Below, one piece after another: positions 49,731 through 59,975 of a stretch of DNA of 64,000 bases. The position numbers were made by a program, and so were the translations under genes. The stretch spans positions 1,344,001-1,408,000 of the forward strand of contig CAWIAD010000001.1 in assembly GCA_963833985.1 (NCBI GenBank), given 5' to 3'. Origin of the DNA: an uncultured Planctomycetaceae bacterium. GTDB lineage: Bacteria; Planctomycetota; Planctomycetia; Isosphaerales; Isosphaeraceae. Position 1 is the stretch's first letter. Each line of letters opens with the position of its first letter. The notes under the pieces were generated by a model. It searched no databases, was not told the origin of the DNA, and saw nothing but the letters and a program-made list of their open reading frames with translations.

Positions 49731-50407
49731 CAGGGCGATTGCACCATATAAGTCACGTTCTGACAACTCATGGCGTCGAAGGTGACCATAGCACCCGACA
49801 AATCGAGCATTTCCAGAAGCTTCGGAATCGCCGTGATCTCGTTAGCTCTTGGCGCCGCCGCCGACGTGTCCCGAAGAATGTGATTGGCGGTTGCCCAGGC
49901 ACTCACCATAGGAATGGCCGCCTTGTTGCTGGCCGTATCAAAGCTGCGTCGGAGCGTCTTCCCGTCGATGGCGATGCCTGACCGTCGGTGAATTCGTGTG
50001 AGGCCGTGATCCAGCTCAACAAACACTTCTCGAACTGCGCCGGTTTGATGGCCGCCAGGATCGCGTTGAAACGGTCATGCGGCGGGATACCGCTCCTCAA
50101 GTCCAGGAACCGTGCGAGCCCGTCGCGCTTGTTGGTCCCGAACCTCGCGATGGCGAAGAAATCATCCGCGCCACAGATCACCGCGCAGACTGCAATCACC
50201 TCCACATTGATCAGAGGATAGGCCACCTCACGGCGCCGCGGATCTGTAAGTTCCACGAAGTGATCCGCGATCCGGACCGACTTCGGCCTGGCCATGGCAC
50301 CGATTCCTGGCTCGCGCGATCTTCTCTGCCCTCGTTCTTTCGCAACAAGAGGAGAACTTGTGTATATCAAGACATGTCAAATTACCAATCATGACGCAAT
50401 CGCCCTG
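49731..50407 (-). mobile_element. Internally deleted ISAs1-family element (677 bp) with both terminal inverted repeats
   Basis: IRs CAGGGCGATTGC at 49731-49742 and 50407-50396; broken transposase from 50295: HF..LTDPR, GIPPHDRF, AIDGKTLR, NEITAIPKLLEMLDL..VTFDAM.CQ. Confidence 0.88.
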
Positions 50408-50832
50408 CCTGATGCGTTGTCGATGGCGTCAATCGACCCTGGCGGTGGTCTGGTGTCAGTCGACCATTACGACCTTGATTGCGGCTGGCCGCCATTTCTT
50501 GCCTGTGCCGGCGACCAGCGGTCACCTGGGGATGGGATGGGGTGCAGTCGTCTGTGATTCCCAAATCGCGCAGGTGGTGACTCATCTTGCCTGGGACCAA
50601 TCGTTGTTTGCGACCTGTCCTGTAGCGTGGGGGCGGTGCCCAACCTGCTGCACTGGCCCGTGGTCTTCGGAGCCCATGGGCCGTTTCACTTCTTCTTGCT
50701 GGCGGGTAGTCTGGCTGACTAGCTGTTCATTCTCAAGGTGGCCGTGCCGTTCGATCGGTAACCTTGAGCAGTCGGTGTGACCTGGCACGCGGCATTCTTT
50801 GCTTGTCTCGGTCGATCCCGAAGGAGCCGCTC

Positions 50833-51867
50833 ATGCCCAAAAGCCTCCGCCAGCACACGACCATGATTCTTGGCGGCCTATCCCTACGGCAGGTCGCCGT
50901 GGGGGTGTGGAAGCGGTTGGAGGCCCACGATGCCATGACCTGGGCGGCGGCCGTTGCCTTCTATGCGATGCTCGCCACCGTCCCGTTTCTGGCCCTTGTC
51001 CTGGTCGGCGTAGTGCTGCGGCTGCCCGACCTCTCGGGCACAGGCCGGCGAACGACGGGCTTCGGTCACCTCACGGTCGATCAGCTCGAGGCGACCCTGA
51101 GGTCGCTCTTTCCGAATGAAGCCTACGTGCTGGTCAGGGACCAGATTGCGCGCATCCAGGGAGAGCCTCCCCTGGCTCTGCTCTCCCTGGGCGCGGTGAT
51201 TGCGCTCTGGAGTGCGTCGAACCTGTTCCTGGTCGTCATCGACGCCCTGAATCGGACTTACGCCGTCAAGGAGACCCGATCGTTCGTGAAGCTTCGCCTC
51301 ACGGCGATGGCCATGACGCTCCTCCAGACGGCCTGTCTGCTCGGGTCGCTCGTGGCGATTGTCGCCTGGCCGCAGATTCTCAGGGTAATCGGTTGGGACC
51401 CCAATGGTGCGGTGGCATGGGTGGCGATGGCTATTCGGTGGTTTGCCGTCTTCCTGATGGTAGTCCTGAGCTTCGCTCTGACATTCCACGTCGGCCCCAA
51501 CATCCAGCATCGCTGGACCTGGGTCACGCCCGGAAGCCTGGCGGGAACGATCGCCTTCCTGGTCTTCTGTATCCTGTTCCGCCTCTACGTCCAGAACTTC
51601 GGCAGCTACAACAAGTCGTTGGGAGCGCTCGGAGGAGTCATGGTGCTGTTGTTCTGGTTCTGGGTCGTGGCGTTAGTGCTCCTGGGGGCGGCCGAAATGG
51701 ACAGGACGATCGAGGACGGTTGCAAGAACGGCGGGTCCCCGGCGATCGCCGTCCTGCTCAGCCAGTTGCCGCAGCCGCCGTCGTCATCGCCGGCGCCGGA
51801 ACCACCGCCACTGGAACCGCGGAAGTCGCCCTGGCCAGGATCTGGTCGCGGGCATCGGCCAGCGTAA
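50833..51867 (+). CDS. YihY/BrkB family membrane protein
   Basis: AAAVAFYAML, ALWSAS, LNRTYAVKETR, PGS, YNKSLGALGGV...LLGAA. Confidence 0.9.
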   Translation: MPKSLRQHTTMILGGLSLRQVAVGVWKRLEAHDAMTWAAAVAFYAMLATVPFLALVLVGVVLRLPDLSGTGRRTTGFGHLTVDQLEATLRSLFPNEAYVLVRDQIARIQGEPPLALLSLGAVIALWSASNLFLVVIDALNRTYAVKETRSFVKLRLTAMAMTLLQTACLLGSLVAIVAWPQILRVIGWDPNGAVAWVAMAIRWFAVFLMVVLSFALTFHVGPNIQHRWTWVTPGSLAGTIAFLVFCILFRLYVQNFGSYNKSLGALGGVMVLLFWFWVVALVLLGAAEMDRTIEDGCKNGGSPAIAVLLSQLPQPPSSSPAPEPPPLEPRKSPWPGSGRGHRPA

Positions 51868-53599
51868 ACGCCACGCGCGTGGGACCGACGCCGGAGAGCC
51901 CCTCGGACGCCGCGTCGCTGCCGGTCTCCCCCCAGCGCCCCACCACGATCGGCAACGCGGCGAACCGCGCCCGGAGCCGCCGGACCTGGTAACGGGCCTG
52001 CGCCAGAGGCTCCGGAGGCAGGTGCGCCAGAACGACCATTGCCGGGGATTCCTCCGCCACGAGCTCGGCGAGTTGCATGGGCGTGCCGGAGCCCTCGAGA
52101 TTCCCGAGCGAACACTTCGAGGGGTCGAGGATCAGTCCCAGCATTCGAAGTGTCAGGGCGTCGGCAGTGCCGCTTGCAGCCACGCCCGCGGCTTCGAATG
52201 GTGGTGCCCCGACTTTCCCGTTGACCTGACCGGGATCCCCTTCGCTCGACCGGCTGAGCGACCTGGCGCCAGGATCTGCCGTCACTTCCAGATCGTCGAG
52301 GATCTCACCGATGACTCGCAGGATGAAGGCCATCCCGCTCTCGTCCAGCTCACCAAGCGCCGCGTCGCGCCCGGCACGCGAGAGGGCAGGGACCAGCATC
52401 TGATCGAAGACCTCCACACGCGGACGTTCCTTCAGGGCGGCTTCGACGACGGCGGTGGCCCCGTCCTGGTCGAGCGAGACGAGCCGCTGGTAAAGCCTGA
52501 TATTCTGGTCAAGTTCGGCCTCCTCGCCAAGGAGGGTCGCGAAGAAGCCCAGGCTGGGAACGTACTTGCCGAGAACGGCCAGGCAGAGCGTCATGGGTGT
52601 CGACAGCAAGGTGCCGAGCAGCCCCCAGAGCCACGTCCAGAACATTGCCGCGATCAGGAGTCCAAGGGCCGACACGCCGGTGGTCCTGCCGTAGATGATT
52701 GGCTCCAGATAGTTCAGCGCCACCTCGACCGCCGCGAAGAGCGCGACCACTTCCAGCGGCTGACTCCAGCCGGGGAACTGTGCGACCGAGAAAACCAAGG
52801 GCAGCAGAAATGCCACTGCCGCCCCCACGTAGGGGATGAACCGCATCAGGGCCGCGAGACAACCCCAGAGCACGGCGAACGGCACGCCGATCGCCCAGAG
52901 GCCCAGGCCGACGATGAGACCGTACCCCGCGTTGACCAGCGAGATCATCGCCAAATAGCGGCTGATCCTCTGGCCGATCTCGCCCATGGTCCGGGTCGTA
53001 AGGTTGATCTGGCGCTGGCCAAAAAGCTGAACGATCCGATCTCCCACGTCCTCCCGGGACATGAGCATGAACAGGACCAGTATGAGCACGAAACCACCGA
53101 CGCCAATAAATTCCAGGGAAGGGCCGACGGCCGCCTGCAAGCGCTCGCGAAACGAGGGCTGCTGAACGACCCGCACGTCCATTGCCTCGGAGCCAGGGAC
53201 TACGGGCGTGTCGAGAGACTTGACCACATCGCCCGCGACTTGCTGTGCTCGGGACAACACAGTGTCATCCGATGGCTTCAGGAAGTTGACCTTCTTCTGG
53301 ATTTCCTTCTGATAGCTGGGTAGTTGATAAGCCAGTATCGAGAGCTGCCGCACGACGACGTAGCCAATTCCGCCGAGACTGCCGAGCGCGAGAGCGACCG
53401 TGAGCAGGACCGCGATGACCCGCGGCACGCGCCGCCGTTCGAAGAACCCCGCAAGCGGCGCCAATGCGAAGCTGAGCAGGACCGCCAGCGCCAGCGGCTT
53501 GAGCACCTCGGCCGCGAGCGACATCGCGGCGATGACCGCCAGGATGAGGAAGGTCACCACGGCTGGGTGGTCCATCGGTGACTTGTGTTGACTGCCCAT
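51758..53599 (-). CDS. AI-2E family transporter with C-terminal soluble domain
   Basis: PLALAVLLSFALAP, RFIPYVG, LEPIIYG, FWTWLWG..G.LLSTPMTLC. Confidence 0.9.
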   Translation of the reverse strand: MGSQHKSPMDHPAVVTFLILAVIAAMSLAAEVLKPLALAVLLSFALAPLAGFFERRRVPRVIAVLLTVALALGSLGGIGYVVVRQLSILAYQLPSYQKEIQKKVNFLKPSDDTVLSRAQQVAGDVVKSLDTPVVPGSEAMDVRVVQQPSFRERLQAAVGPSLEFIGVGGFVLILVLFMLMSREDVGDRIVQLFGQRQINLTTRTMGEIGQRISRYLAMISLVNAGYGLIVGLGLWAIGVPFAVLWGCLAALMRFIPYVGAAVAFLLPLVFSVAQFPGWSQPLEVVALFAAVEVALNYLEPIIYGRTTGVSALGLLIAAMFWTWLWGLLGTLLSTPMTLCLAVLGKYVPSLGFFATLLGEEAELDQNIRLYQRLVSLDQDGATAVVEAALKERPRVEVFDQMLVPALSRAGRDAALGELDESGMAFILRVIGEILDDLEVTADPGARSLSRSSEGDPGQVNGKVGAPPFEAAGVAASGTADALTLRMLGLILDPSKCSLGNLEGSGTPMQLAELVAEESPAMVVLAHLPPEPLAQARYQVRRLRARFAALPIVVGRWGETGSDAASEGLSGVGPTRVAFTLADARDQILARATSAVPVAVVPAPAMTTAAAATG

Positions 53600-53679
53600 C
53601 GTGGCGTTCCTATGGAAGTCACCCGGATGTCACAGGTCCGCGAGGAGACCGGCGAACTGTTGCCACTATCCGGCGGCGC

Positions 53680-54069
53680 TCATCGTCCCCTGATCGCCAG
53701 CCCCGCTATGAGTCCGGCCACCAGGCCGATGCCGAAGGCGGCGACCACCGTCTCCGTCGGGTGGTGGCGGACCAGACTCTCGGCACTATCGTACCGTTCC
53801 CGGACCTGGTCGCTCACCCGATGGGCGTACTGGCCGGCGGCCTCGGCCGCATGTGTGACAGCCGATGAGCCGCGCGCGGTCATCTCGGTGAAGAATGTCT
53901 CGATCGCCTCGCGACCCTCGCCAGTCTTCTGCTGGATCCGGCCGATGAGCTGTTCGATGTTTTTTTCTTGTACCCGGAGGTCGTCCTCGGTCAACTGACT
54001 CCAGCGCTGCCTCGCCTGATCGCAGAGGTAGTTCCACTCTCCCTGTATCCTCTGGGCATTGGTCGCCAT
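53680..54069 (-). CDS. CsbD family protein with C-terminal membrane tail
   Basis: IQGEWN...RWSQLTEDDL...LIGRIQQKTGE; HHPTETVVAAFGIG. Confidence 0.85.
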   Translation of the reverse strand: MATNAQRIQGEWNYLCDQARQRWSQLTEDDLRVQEKNIEQLIGRIQQKTGEGREAIETFFTEMTARGSSAVTHAAEAAGQYAHRVSDQVRERYDSAESLVRHHPTETVVAAFGIGLVAGLIAGLAIRGR

Positions 54070-54184
54070 GATCGTCGGACTCCTTGGTTGCGGGATCGGC
54101 CGGTGCGATCCCGGCCTCCCTGGTGGATATCGATTCAATCTCAATGAGCCATCGGGGATTCCAAGTCCCTGCGAATGGCTGCTC

Positions 54185-54658
54185 TCACAGACGACGCCGG
54201 GGGCGCAATCGTGCGCTGGCGCTCGTGACAAGGACGGTCCGGGCCCATGCCAGGTTGAGCCAGAGTTGCTTGCGCGAGCGGCGGAAGCTGTCGAAGCTGT
54301 ACCTGAGCCGCATCCCGGCCAACCCCGCCACCACTCCCCCGAGAACCATCGAGGCACCGGCCATCAGGAGCATCGCCCAACCCTGGTGAATCTTCAGTGC
54401 GGAGGCGATCAGCCAGCCCGCGCCGAGCAGCGCCACCGGAACGCTGCTCACGATCACGGAGAGGCCCGCCACGGTCAAAGCGATGGGAATCGCCGACTTC
54501 CGGGCGGCTTCCCTGAAGTCGACGGCCGCGAGCCTGGCCTGGAGTTCGGCAAGCGACGCGACGTCGTCGACGAACTCGGCGACGCCATCGGGCCCCACCG
54601 AGCTGGAACCGGGCACACCTGCCGCCACGCGACCGTTCACGGACGCCTGATCAACCAT
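54185..54658 (-). CDS. YqjE/phage-holin-like membrane protein
   Basis: DDVASLAELQARLA..DFRE plus two TM helices. Confidence 0.7.
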   Translation of the reverse strand: MVDQASVNGRVAAGVPGSSSVGPDGVAEFVDDVASLAELQARLAAVDFREAARKSAIPIALTVAGLSVIVSSVPVALLGAGWLIASALKIHQGWAMLLMAGASMVLGGVVAGLAGMRLRYSFDSFRRSRKQLWLNLAWARTVLVTSASARLRPRRRL

Positions 54659-54849
54659 CCCAGTACGACTCCTGTGCAAAGCGCGATCCCCAGAGCCTTT
54701 ACGGGTTCTCTGGCCACATAGTCCCGCACCATGTCTCTCCCCTCGGCCAGCCGCTCACGAGCGACAGCCACGTCCTGGTGCGCCATGGCCCGGATTTCTT
54801 CCAGGCCGGGAGTAAACTCCGATTTCGTGCCTTGAACGCGGTCATTCAT
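54637..54849 (-). CDS. ElaB/YqjD (DUF883)-like tail-anchored protein
   Basis: YVAREPVKALGIALCTGVVLGWLIRR. Confidence 0.75.
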   Translation of the reverse strand: MNDRVQGTKSEFTPGLEEIRAMAHQDVAVARERLAEGRDMVRDYVAREPVKALGIALCTGVVLGWLIRRP

Positions 54850-54905
54850 TGTCTTTTCCTCATAAATGCATGCTTTGATTAAATCCGTTGTTTCGACTCG
54901 GTGTC

Positions 54906-55379
54906 CTACCGGTCTGCACTGTCCATCCAGCCGCGCCGCTCCTCGGCCGCCGGCGAGACAGCGATCCGGTCCCTGGGCCTGTTCGAGTCACGTTGTTCGA
55001 GCCAGTTCAGCAGGTAATTCTGGCCGGCATGGACGGCCACGGGGAACAGGATGCCCCAGGCGCCGAGCAGCAGATTCTGGACGGTCCTCGATCGTTTCCG
55101 ACCCACGGTGCTGGCTCCCGCGATCGGTTCAACAGCCTGAGCCCCATCTGCCAATGCTGCGGTATCGGCCGAGACCTTCTGATGCCCGCTGGTGTAGACC
55201 AGGAATCCAACTGAAGCCGCCGCGCCCAAGGCGATCCAGGGATACGTCCACGTGTACCTTCCCCAATCAACGACCGCCTCGGCGCCGGCGACCGATTCGC
55301 GCACGTTCGTATGAAGCTCGCGGCGAATCACCGCCATGCGATTGTAGATCTCATCAACGTCATTCGATCCCGCGGCCAC
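54906..55379 (-). CDS. Hypothetical membrane protein of the stress cluster
   Basis: MAVIRRELH...YTWTYPWIALGAAASVGFLV; same orientation as its neighbours. Confidence 0.65.
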   Translation of the reverse strand: MAAGSNDVDEIYNRMAVIRRELHTNVRESVAGAEAVVDWGRYTWTYPWIALGAAASVGFLVYTSGHQKVSADTAALADGAQAVEPIAGASTVGRKRSRTVQNLLLGAWGILFPVAVHAGQNYLLNWLEQRDSNRPRDRIAVSPAAEERRGWMDSADR

Positions 55380-55443
55380 GGTTCTCTCCCTGCGAGCTTC
55401 CGGAATCCGGCCTGAAGTTCACGCGAAGTTGACGCCATGAAGA

Positions 55444-55614
55444 TCAAACGGCCGGCCCCCACCTCCTGCCAAAGATCAGCGAGATCACGAACAGGGCCAG
55501 GAAAACGAACAGCAAAATCTTGGCGATCATCCCGAGAGTACCGGCAAGGGCCACGAAGCCCAGGACGCCGGCGAGCAAGGCGAGGATCGCGAATGTGATG
55601 GCATACCCGAGCAT
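55444..55614 (-). CDS. DUF1328 (YtjA-like) small membrane protein
   Basis: [38 protein letters not shown]. Confidence 0.9.
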   Translation of the reverse strand: MLGYAITFAILALLAGVLGFVALAGTLGMIAKILLFVFLALFVISLIFGRRWGPAV

Positions 55615-55757
55615 GGAAGGCTCTCCTCTCACGGAAAAGGCTGGTGCTTACCGCGAGCTGGGTCCGCCCCAGGCCTCGCAACGAGAATAATGACGATTCG
55701 GGAGTCAAGCGTGACGTACCCCTTGCAGCAGCAGCGGGCAGACCAGATCCAGATTCC

Positions 55758-55916
55758 TCAAATGCGCCCCAGGAGGACCAGGATCAGGACGATTACCAAG
55801 ACCAGGCCCAGGCCGCCGCTGGGGCCGTAGCCCCAGTTCCGGCTATAGCCCCAGCGCGGGAAGGCACCCAGCAGGAGCAGGATCAAGACAATCAGCAAGA
55901 TCATCCCGAGACTCAT
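55758..55916 (-). CDS. DUF3309 small membrane protein (52 aa, not in ORF track)
   Basis: MSLGMILLIVLILLLLGAFPRWGYSRNWGYGPSGGLGLVLVIVLILVLLGRI*. Confidence 0.92.
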   Translation of the reverse strand: MSLGMILLIVLILLLLGAFPRWGYSRNWGYGPSGGLGLVLVIVLILVLLGRI

Positions 55917-55980
55917 CGATTACCCCTTTTGATGGTCTGACATCTCATGGAAGCCGGTGCCTTGAACGCCTCGGCAAGCG

Positions 55981-56185
55981 AAACAAAAAAGCCGACGTGG
56001 TGGAACACCCAGAGGTATTCGACCACGTCGGCTTACTCGTCAACGAGCCCCCCGGCCAAGCCGGGTTGCCCTTTATCTAGTCATCCGACAACTTCGATCC
56101 AACTTTTCACCGGAGCCGAACGTGAGTTGACACTGACTCCGGAACTACATTCATTGTCCTGCGTGAGAATGGAAAAGCAAGTGAA
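55981..56185 (-). ncRNA. Candidate cis-regulatory leader (riboswitch/attenuator), copy 1, including its promoter
   Basis: TTGCTT-N16-GACAAT; hairpin CCGGAGTC/GGCTCCGG; GTCGG antiterminator strand; terminator AAGCCGACGTGG...CCACGTCGGCTT plus T-run; upstream of the DUF3309 operon. Confidence 0.8.
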
Positions 56186-56288
56186 TTCTTTACCGATTTC
56201 TTGTGCCATCGATCTGTGCGATCTTCATGCGGGGGAGTCTGGCCCGCAACGAAGGCGGGCTGACATCGTTTCCTCGAAGCAATGGCGT

Positions 56289-56495
56289 TCAGCGGCCCGC
56301 GTCCTTGATCTTCTCACCCACGTTGTGCACAACATCCTTGCTTTTCTCGGCAACGTTGTGCGCGGCGTCCTTGACCTTCGCGCCGACATCATGTGCGGCA
56401 TCCCTGGTCTTCTCGGCAACGTTGTGCGCGGCATCCTTGACCTTCACAGCAGCGTCGTGAATCCCCTCCTTCATCTTGTCGCCCGTGTTCGCCAT
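56289..56495 (-). CDS. Small LEA-like hydrophilic protein with 11-aa repeats
   Basis: AGGAG SD; KVKDAAHNVAE / KTRDAAHDVGA / KVKDAAHNVAE / KSKDVVHNVGE. Confidence 0.8.
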   Translation of the reverse strand: MANTGDKMKEGIHDAAVKVKDAAHNVAEKTRDAAHDVGAKVKDAAHNVAEKSKDVVHNVGEKIKDAGR

Positions 56496-56856
56496 GGTCT
56501 GTCTCCTGTTCCGATGGTGGAAGTCATGAAAAAAACACCCTCTCGCGCGACTGCTCACGCAGCAGGGCCACCTTGACCTTGAACTCCCCACCCCATCGAA
56601 AGTGGGGAAGTTCTAACTTCACTTGATGTCAGACGTTTCCAGATGTCAATAGGTTTCTGGTCAGCGATCGATCTTGTGCTCCGGATCAACGTCGGCCTTC
56701 GGCGATTTACGTCCCCGCACTCCGGATCCAGATTGATCCTCAAGAGGACGAGACCCGGACCACCCAGGTCGTGCCGTGCCGCGACCATGATTCATCAGGA
56801 GAGACTCACCGATTCGGACGTGCAGAATGGCCGGTTGGCCTGATCAGGAAGGATAC

Positions 56857-58785
56857 TCACAGATCGGAGATCTCTTTCGGGGGAAGTGCAGCCCTCAAGG
56901 CGTTCACCACCGCAAGGACATCGATAACCTCTTGGCTGATCGCTCCGCCTACTGGACTCAGATGACCGGTCGCCGCGAACACCATGCCGACAATGCTGAG
57001 GACCATTCCGCCCACGGCGCTCTGCAGCGCGATCGAACGCATCCGGCGGCTGATGTGCATGAACTCGTCCACTTTCTTGATGGAGTTATCCATGACCACG
57101 ACCCCCGCTGCTTCCGCGGTCACGTCGCTGTTCTGCCCGATCGCCATGCCCACCGTTGCGGCCATCATGGCCGGGGCGTCATTGATGCCATCACCGACAT
57201 AGAGCGTTTTCGCCTTTGCCGTTTCGGTGCGGACAATGGCCAGCTTCTCTTCGGGACTTTTCTGGGCCTCGATCTCGGTGATGCCAACCTGCTCGGCCAG
57301 GTAGCGAACCTCGGATTCACGATCTCCCGACACGATCATCAATCGCTTGAATTGGTGCCGGGGTCCCAGGTGCGATATGAAGGAGCGGCTCTCCGCGCGT
57401 GGAGCATCACGAAACCGCAAGGCCCCCGCATAGCGATGGCCGATTGCCACCACACACTCGAGCCCACCTGCGACAGGAGGGAGTTGATCGGTCCCCGCGG
57501 TCGCTTGCGCGATGAGCTTGCTGCGACTCGTGATCTGTAATTGATGTGTGGAAACGGATCCGAGCAGACCGTGGCCAGGCTGGTCGCTGACCTCGGTGGC
57601 GTCCAGGAGTTGAATTCCCTCTTCCTTCGCCGCGGCGAGAATGGCCCGCGCCAACGGATGTTTCGAGTATCTTTCCAGACTCGCTACCAGGGTCAGTACC
57701 TCGTTTTGCTCAAAGCCAGGAGCGACGAGTTGCTCAGTCAGCTTCGGCTGGCCATACGTTAGCGTCCCGGTCTTGTCGAAGATCGCAGTCCGGCACTCGG
57801 CGATTTGCTCAAGTACCACGGGGCTCTTGATTATGATGGCCCGACGTGCACAGAGGGAAATAGAGCCGATGATGGCAATCGGTATCGCGAGGAGCAAAGG
57901 GCAAGGCGTGGCGATGACCAGCACCGCAAGGAATCGAACGGCCTCTCCACTCAGGGCCCACGCGAGGATTGCGACCGTGACTGCAATCGGAGTATAAATC
58001 GCCCCCAATCGATCACCCATCCGCCGCAATTGCGGTCGCTTCTCCTCGGATTCGCGCATGACGAGCATGATCTTGGCGTAGCGCGAATCGGCGGCTCGTT
58101 GGGTCGCCCTGATGGACAGGGCCGATTCGCCATTGAGCGCACCCGAGATGACCGTCGAGCCCGAGGTCTTGCTCATCTGAAATGGCTCGCCCGTGAGATA
58201 GGATTCGTCCATGACGCCGCGTCCTTCGATGACCACGCCATCCACCGGGCAGATGTCATGGGGATAGATCACGAGCGTTTCTCCTACGACAATGTCCGCC
58301 AGAGCCACGTCGGTGATCTGGCCATCCTTCTTCCGGTGAGCCATCGAAGGCATCCTTTTGGCCAGCGCAGCCAGCACCGATGAGGCGCTGCGCAGGGCGT
58401 AACTCTCGAGCGCTTCCCCACCTGCCAGCATCAACACGATGATCGATCCGGCCAGGTACTCGCCCAGCAGGACCGAAGTGATAATGGAAATGCCTCCCAG
58501 CAGATCAGAACCGAATTCCCGCTTCAGGAGCTTCAGGAACAGCTCGTAGAGGAGAGGAATTCCTCCTAGAATGATCGTGGCCAGCAGGGGAAGCTGGTAG
58601 ACTGAGGGACTCACCTGAAAGGCGAATCGCAGCATGAGATGTGCGAGGATCGCCACGACACAAAGAGCCGCGATGACCGTGCTCATGCGATGCCAGAAAG
58701 CGTCCAGTGATTCCCTTATCCAACCGTGTGTCGGTTGATGGTTCAGCGTTGAGTCTGTCATCTTCGGTTCGTGGTCGGTCTTCAT
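56857..58785 (-). CDS. Heavy-metal P1B-type ATPase (P1B-5-like)
   Basis: [35 protein letters not shown]. Confidence 0.93.
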   Translation of the reverse strand: MKTDHEPKMTDSTLNHQPTHGWIRESLDAFWHRMSTVIAALCVVAILAHLMLRFAFQVSPSVYQLPLLATIILGGIPLLYELFLKLLKREFGSDLLGGISIITSVLLGEYLAGSIIVLMLAGGEALESYALRSASSVLAALAKRMPSMAHRKKDGQITDVALADIVVGETLVIYPHDICPVDGVVIEGRGVMDESYLTGEPFQMSKTSGSTVISGALNGESALSIRATQRAADSRYAKIMLVMRESEEKRPQLRRMGDRLGAIYTPIAVTVAILAWALSGEAVRFLAVLVIATPCPLLLAIPIAIIGSISLCARRAIIIKSPVVLEQIAECRTAIFDKTGTLTYGQPKLTEQLVAPGFEQNEVLTLVASLERYSKHPLARAILAAAKEEGIQLLDATEVSDQPGHGLLGSVSTHQLQITSRSKLIAQATAGTDQLPPVAGGLECVVAIGHRYAGALRFRDAPRAESRSFISHLGPRHQFKRLMIVSGDRESEVRYLAEQVGITEIEAQKSPEEKLAIVRTETAKAKTLYVGDGINDAPAMMAATVGMAIGQNSDVTAEAAGVVVMDNSIKKVDEFMHISRRMRSIALQSAVGGMVLSIVGMVFAATGHLSPVGGAISQEVIDVLAVVNALRAALPPKEISDL

Positions 58786-58882
58786 TTCACTTCATTGAAC
58801 GGGTGCGGGAGCTTCTTGGAGGGGGCGTTGCATGTCACCGAATCTTTTTGCATATTATTCATAAGTGCGCGTGATTATCACT

Positions 58883-59308
58883 TCACTCGTCAGAGCACTC
58901 GGATCCCCGGGGGAGGATGAGCCACTCGTTCCGGATCTCCCCTGACGGCGCATACCTCTTCAGCACCTTGAAGACGGCCCAGGCAAGGCGCTCCGGATCG
59001 ACCTCTGGGTTGTTGCGGAAGGCCGTCGCGATTTGAGAGAGGAAAGCCTGCTTCTCGCTCTCCCGTGGTGGCGTCCCACTCGGACTCCAGCCCTCGTAAT
59101 ACATGCCACGGACCAGGAGTGGCAGTTGCGAGCCCAGGGCAGCCACTGCCTCTAAAGGGAGTCGGTCCCGGAGTGCATGGAGGACAACCTGCAATGCGCG
59201 GTAGGCCCGAGTACGGTCCTGCCAGCCCAGGTCGGCCATCAAATCACATAGCCAGAGATCCGTCGTATGAAGAGTCGTTGCAATGGGCGAGCATCTAGTT
59301 AATAGCAT
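58883..59308 (-). CDS. DUF2267 family protein
   Basis: AYRALQVVLHALRDRLP, QLPLLVRGMYYEGW. Confidence 0.88.
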   Translation of the reverse strand: MLLTRCSPIATTLHTTDLWLCDLMADLGWQDRTRAYRALQVVLHALRDRLPLEAVAALGSQLPLLVRGMYYEGWSPSGTPPRESEKQAFLSQIATAFRNNPEVDPERLAWAVFKVLKRYAPSGEIRNEWLILPRGSECSDE

Positions 59309-59447
59309 ATCTTATACTCCTTTTATAAGAATTGGACTCCGGGAAAAAACACTGGGCATGAAAGATATGCTTGAGCAGCTGTTTCACCGCATGAGGTCCC
59401 TCCAGCATTGAATGGAATCCTCGGATATTCCTTCCCCGCTTGATGAT

Positions 59448-59837
59448 TCAGAAGTTTGACTTCTTTTTGACTTCACGGAACTGGGGTCCCTCTGCCAGGG
59501 TAAAGAGAACGACCTCTTCACCGGTCACTGTGCTGATGTCGTGGTGCATGCTCAGCACCTGGCTGCCAGTGCACTCATCGACCATCGCTTCCATGATCGG
59601 CCGCGCAGTTTCGAGCAGATAGGTCCGGACTTGCTTGAGCAGGTCTCTGCCCTTCTCGGCCGGAAACGACTTGACCAGATTCTGTTCGGCGGCAGTTAAG
59701 ACGCCCTGAAGGCGTACCACGATGAGATCATCGATCAAATGTGTGCGGATAGCCTTGTGTCCACGGCCCGTGTACTCCAGCTCGAAGCGACTCATGCCCT
59801 GACAGATGGAGGCTTCGATCTCGCCCTGCGTTTTCAT
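59448..59837 (-). CDS. DUF2294 / MpsC-family protein
   Basis: MKTQGEIEASIC..SRFELEYTGRG..., LQGVLTAAEQ, LLKQVRT, SMHHDISTVTGEEVVLFTL. Confidence 0.88.
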   Translation of the reverse strand: MKTQGEIEASICQGMSRFELEYTGRGHKAIRTHLIDDLIVVRLQGVLTAAEQNLVKSFPAEKGRDLLKQVRTYLLETARPIMEAMVDECTGSQVLSMHHDISTVTGEEVVLFTLAEGPQFREVKKKSNF

Positions 59838-59975
59838 GGTGACCTCCAACCCGTCCCCTCTCGCAGTCGAGAGGACGCAAGCTCGGAGTTTCCCGGATGC
59901 CAAACGAGTCCACGTTTTCCGTTCCTCGGTCGTTCAGGGTCTCTCACCTCCACCATACGCGATGCTGGGTGAGGG

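Noticed and set aside
56320..56450. 33-bp periodic repeat as a possible CRISPR array
   Set aside because: It encodes the 11-aa protein repeat; no unique spacers or cas genes. No CRISPR array was seen in the window
55947..56576. 209-aa plus-strand ORF containing KKPTWWNTQRYSTTSAY
   Set aside because: It is the antisense read of the RNA leader and the LEA-like gene; conservation follows base pairing, not codons
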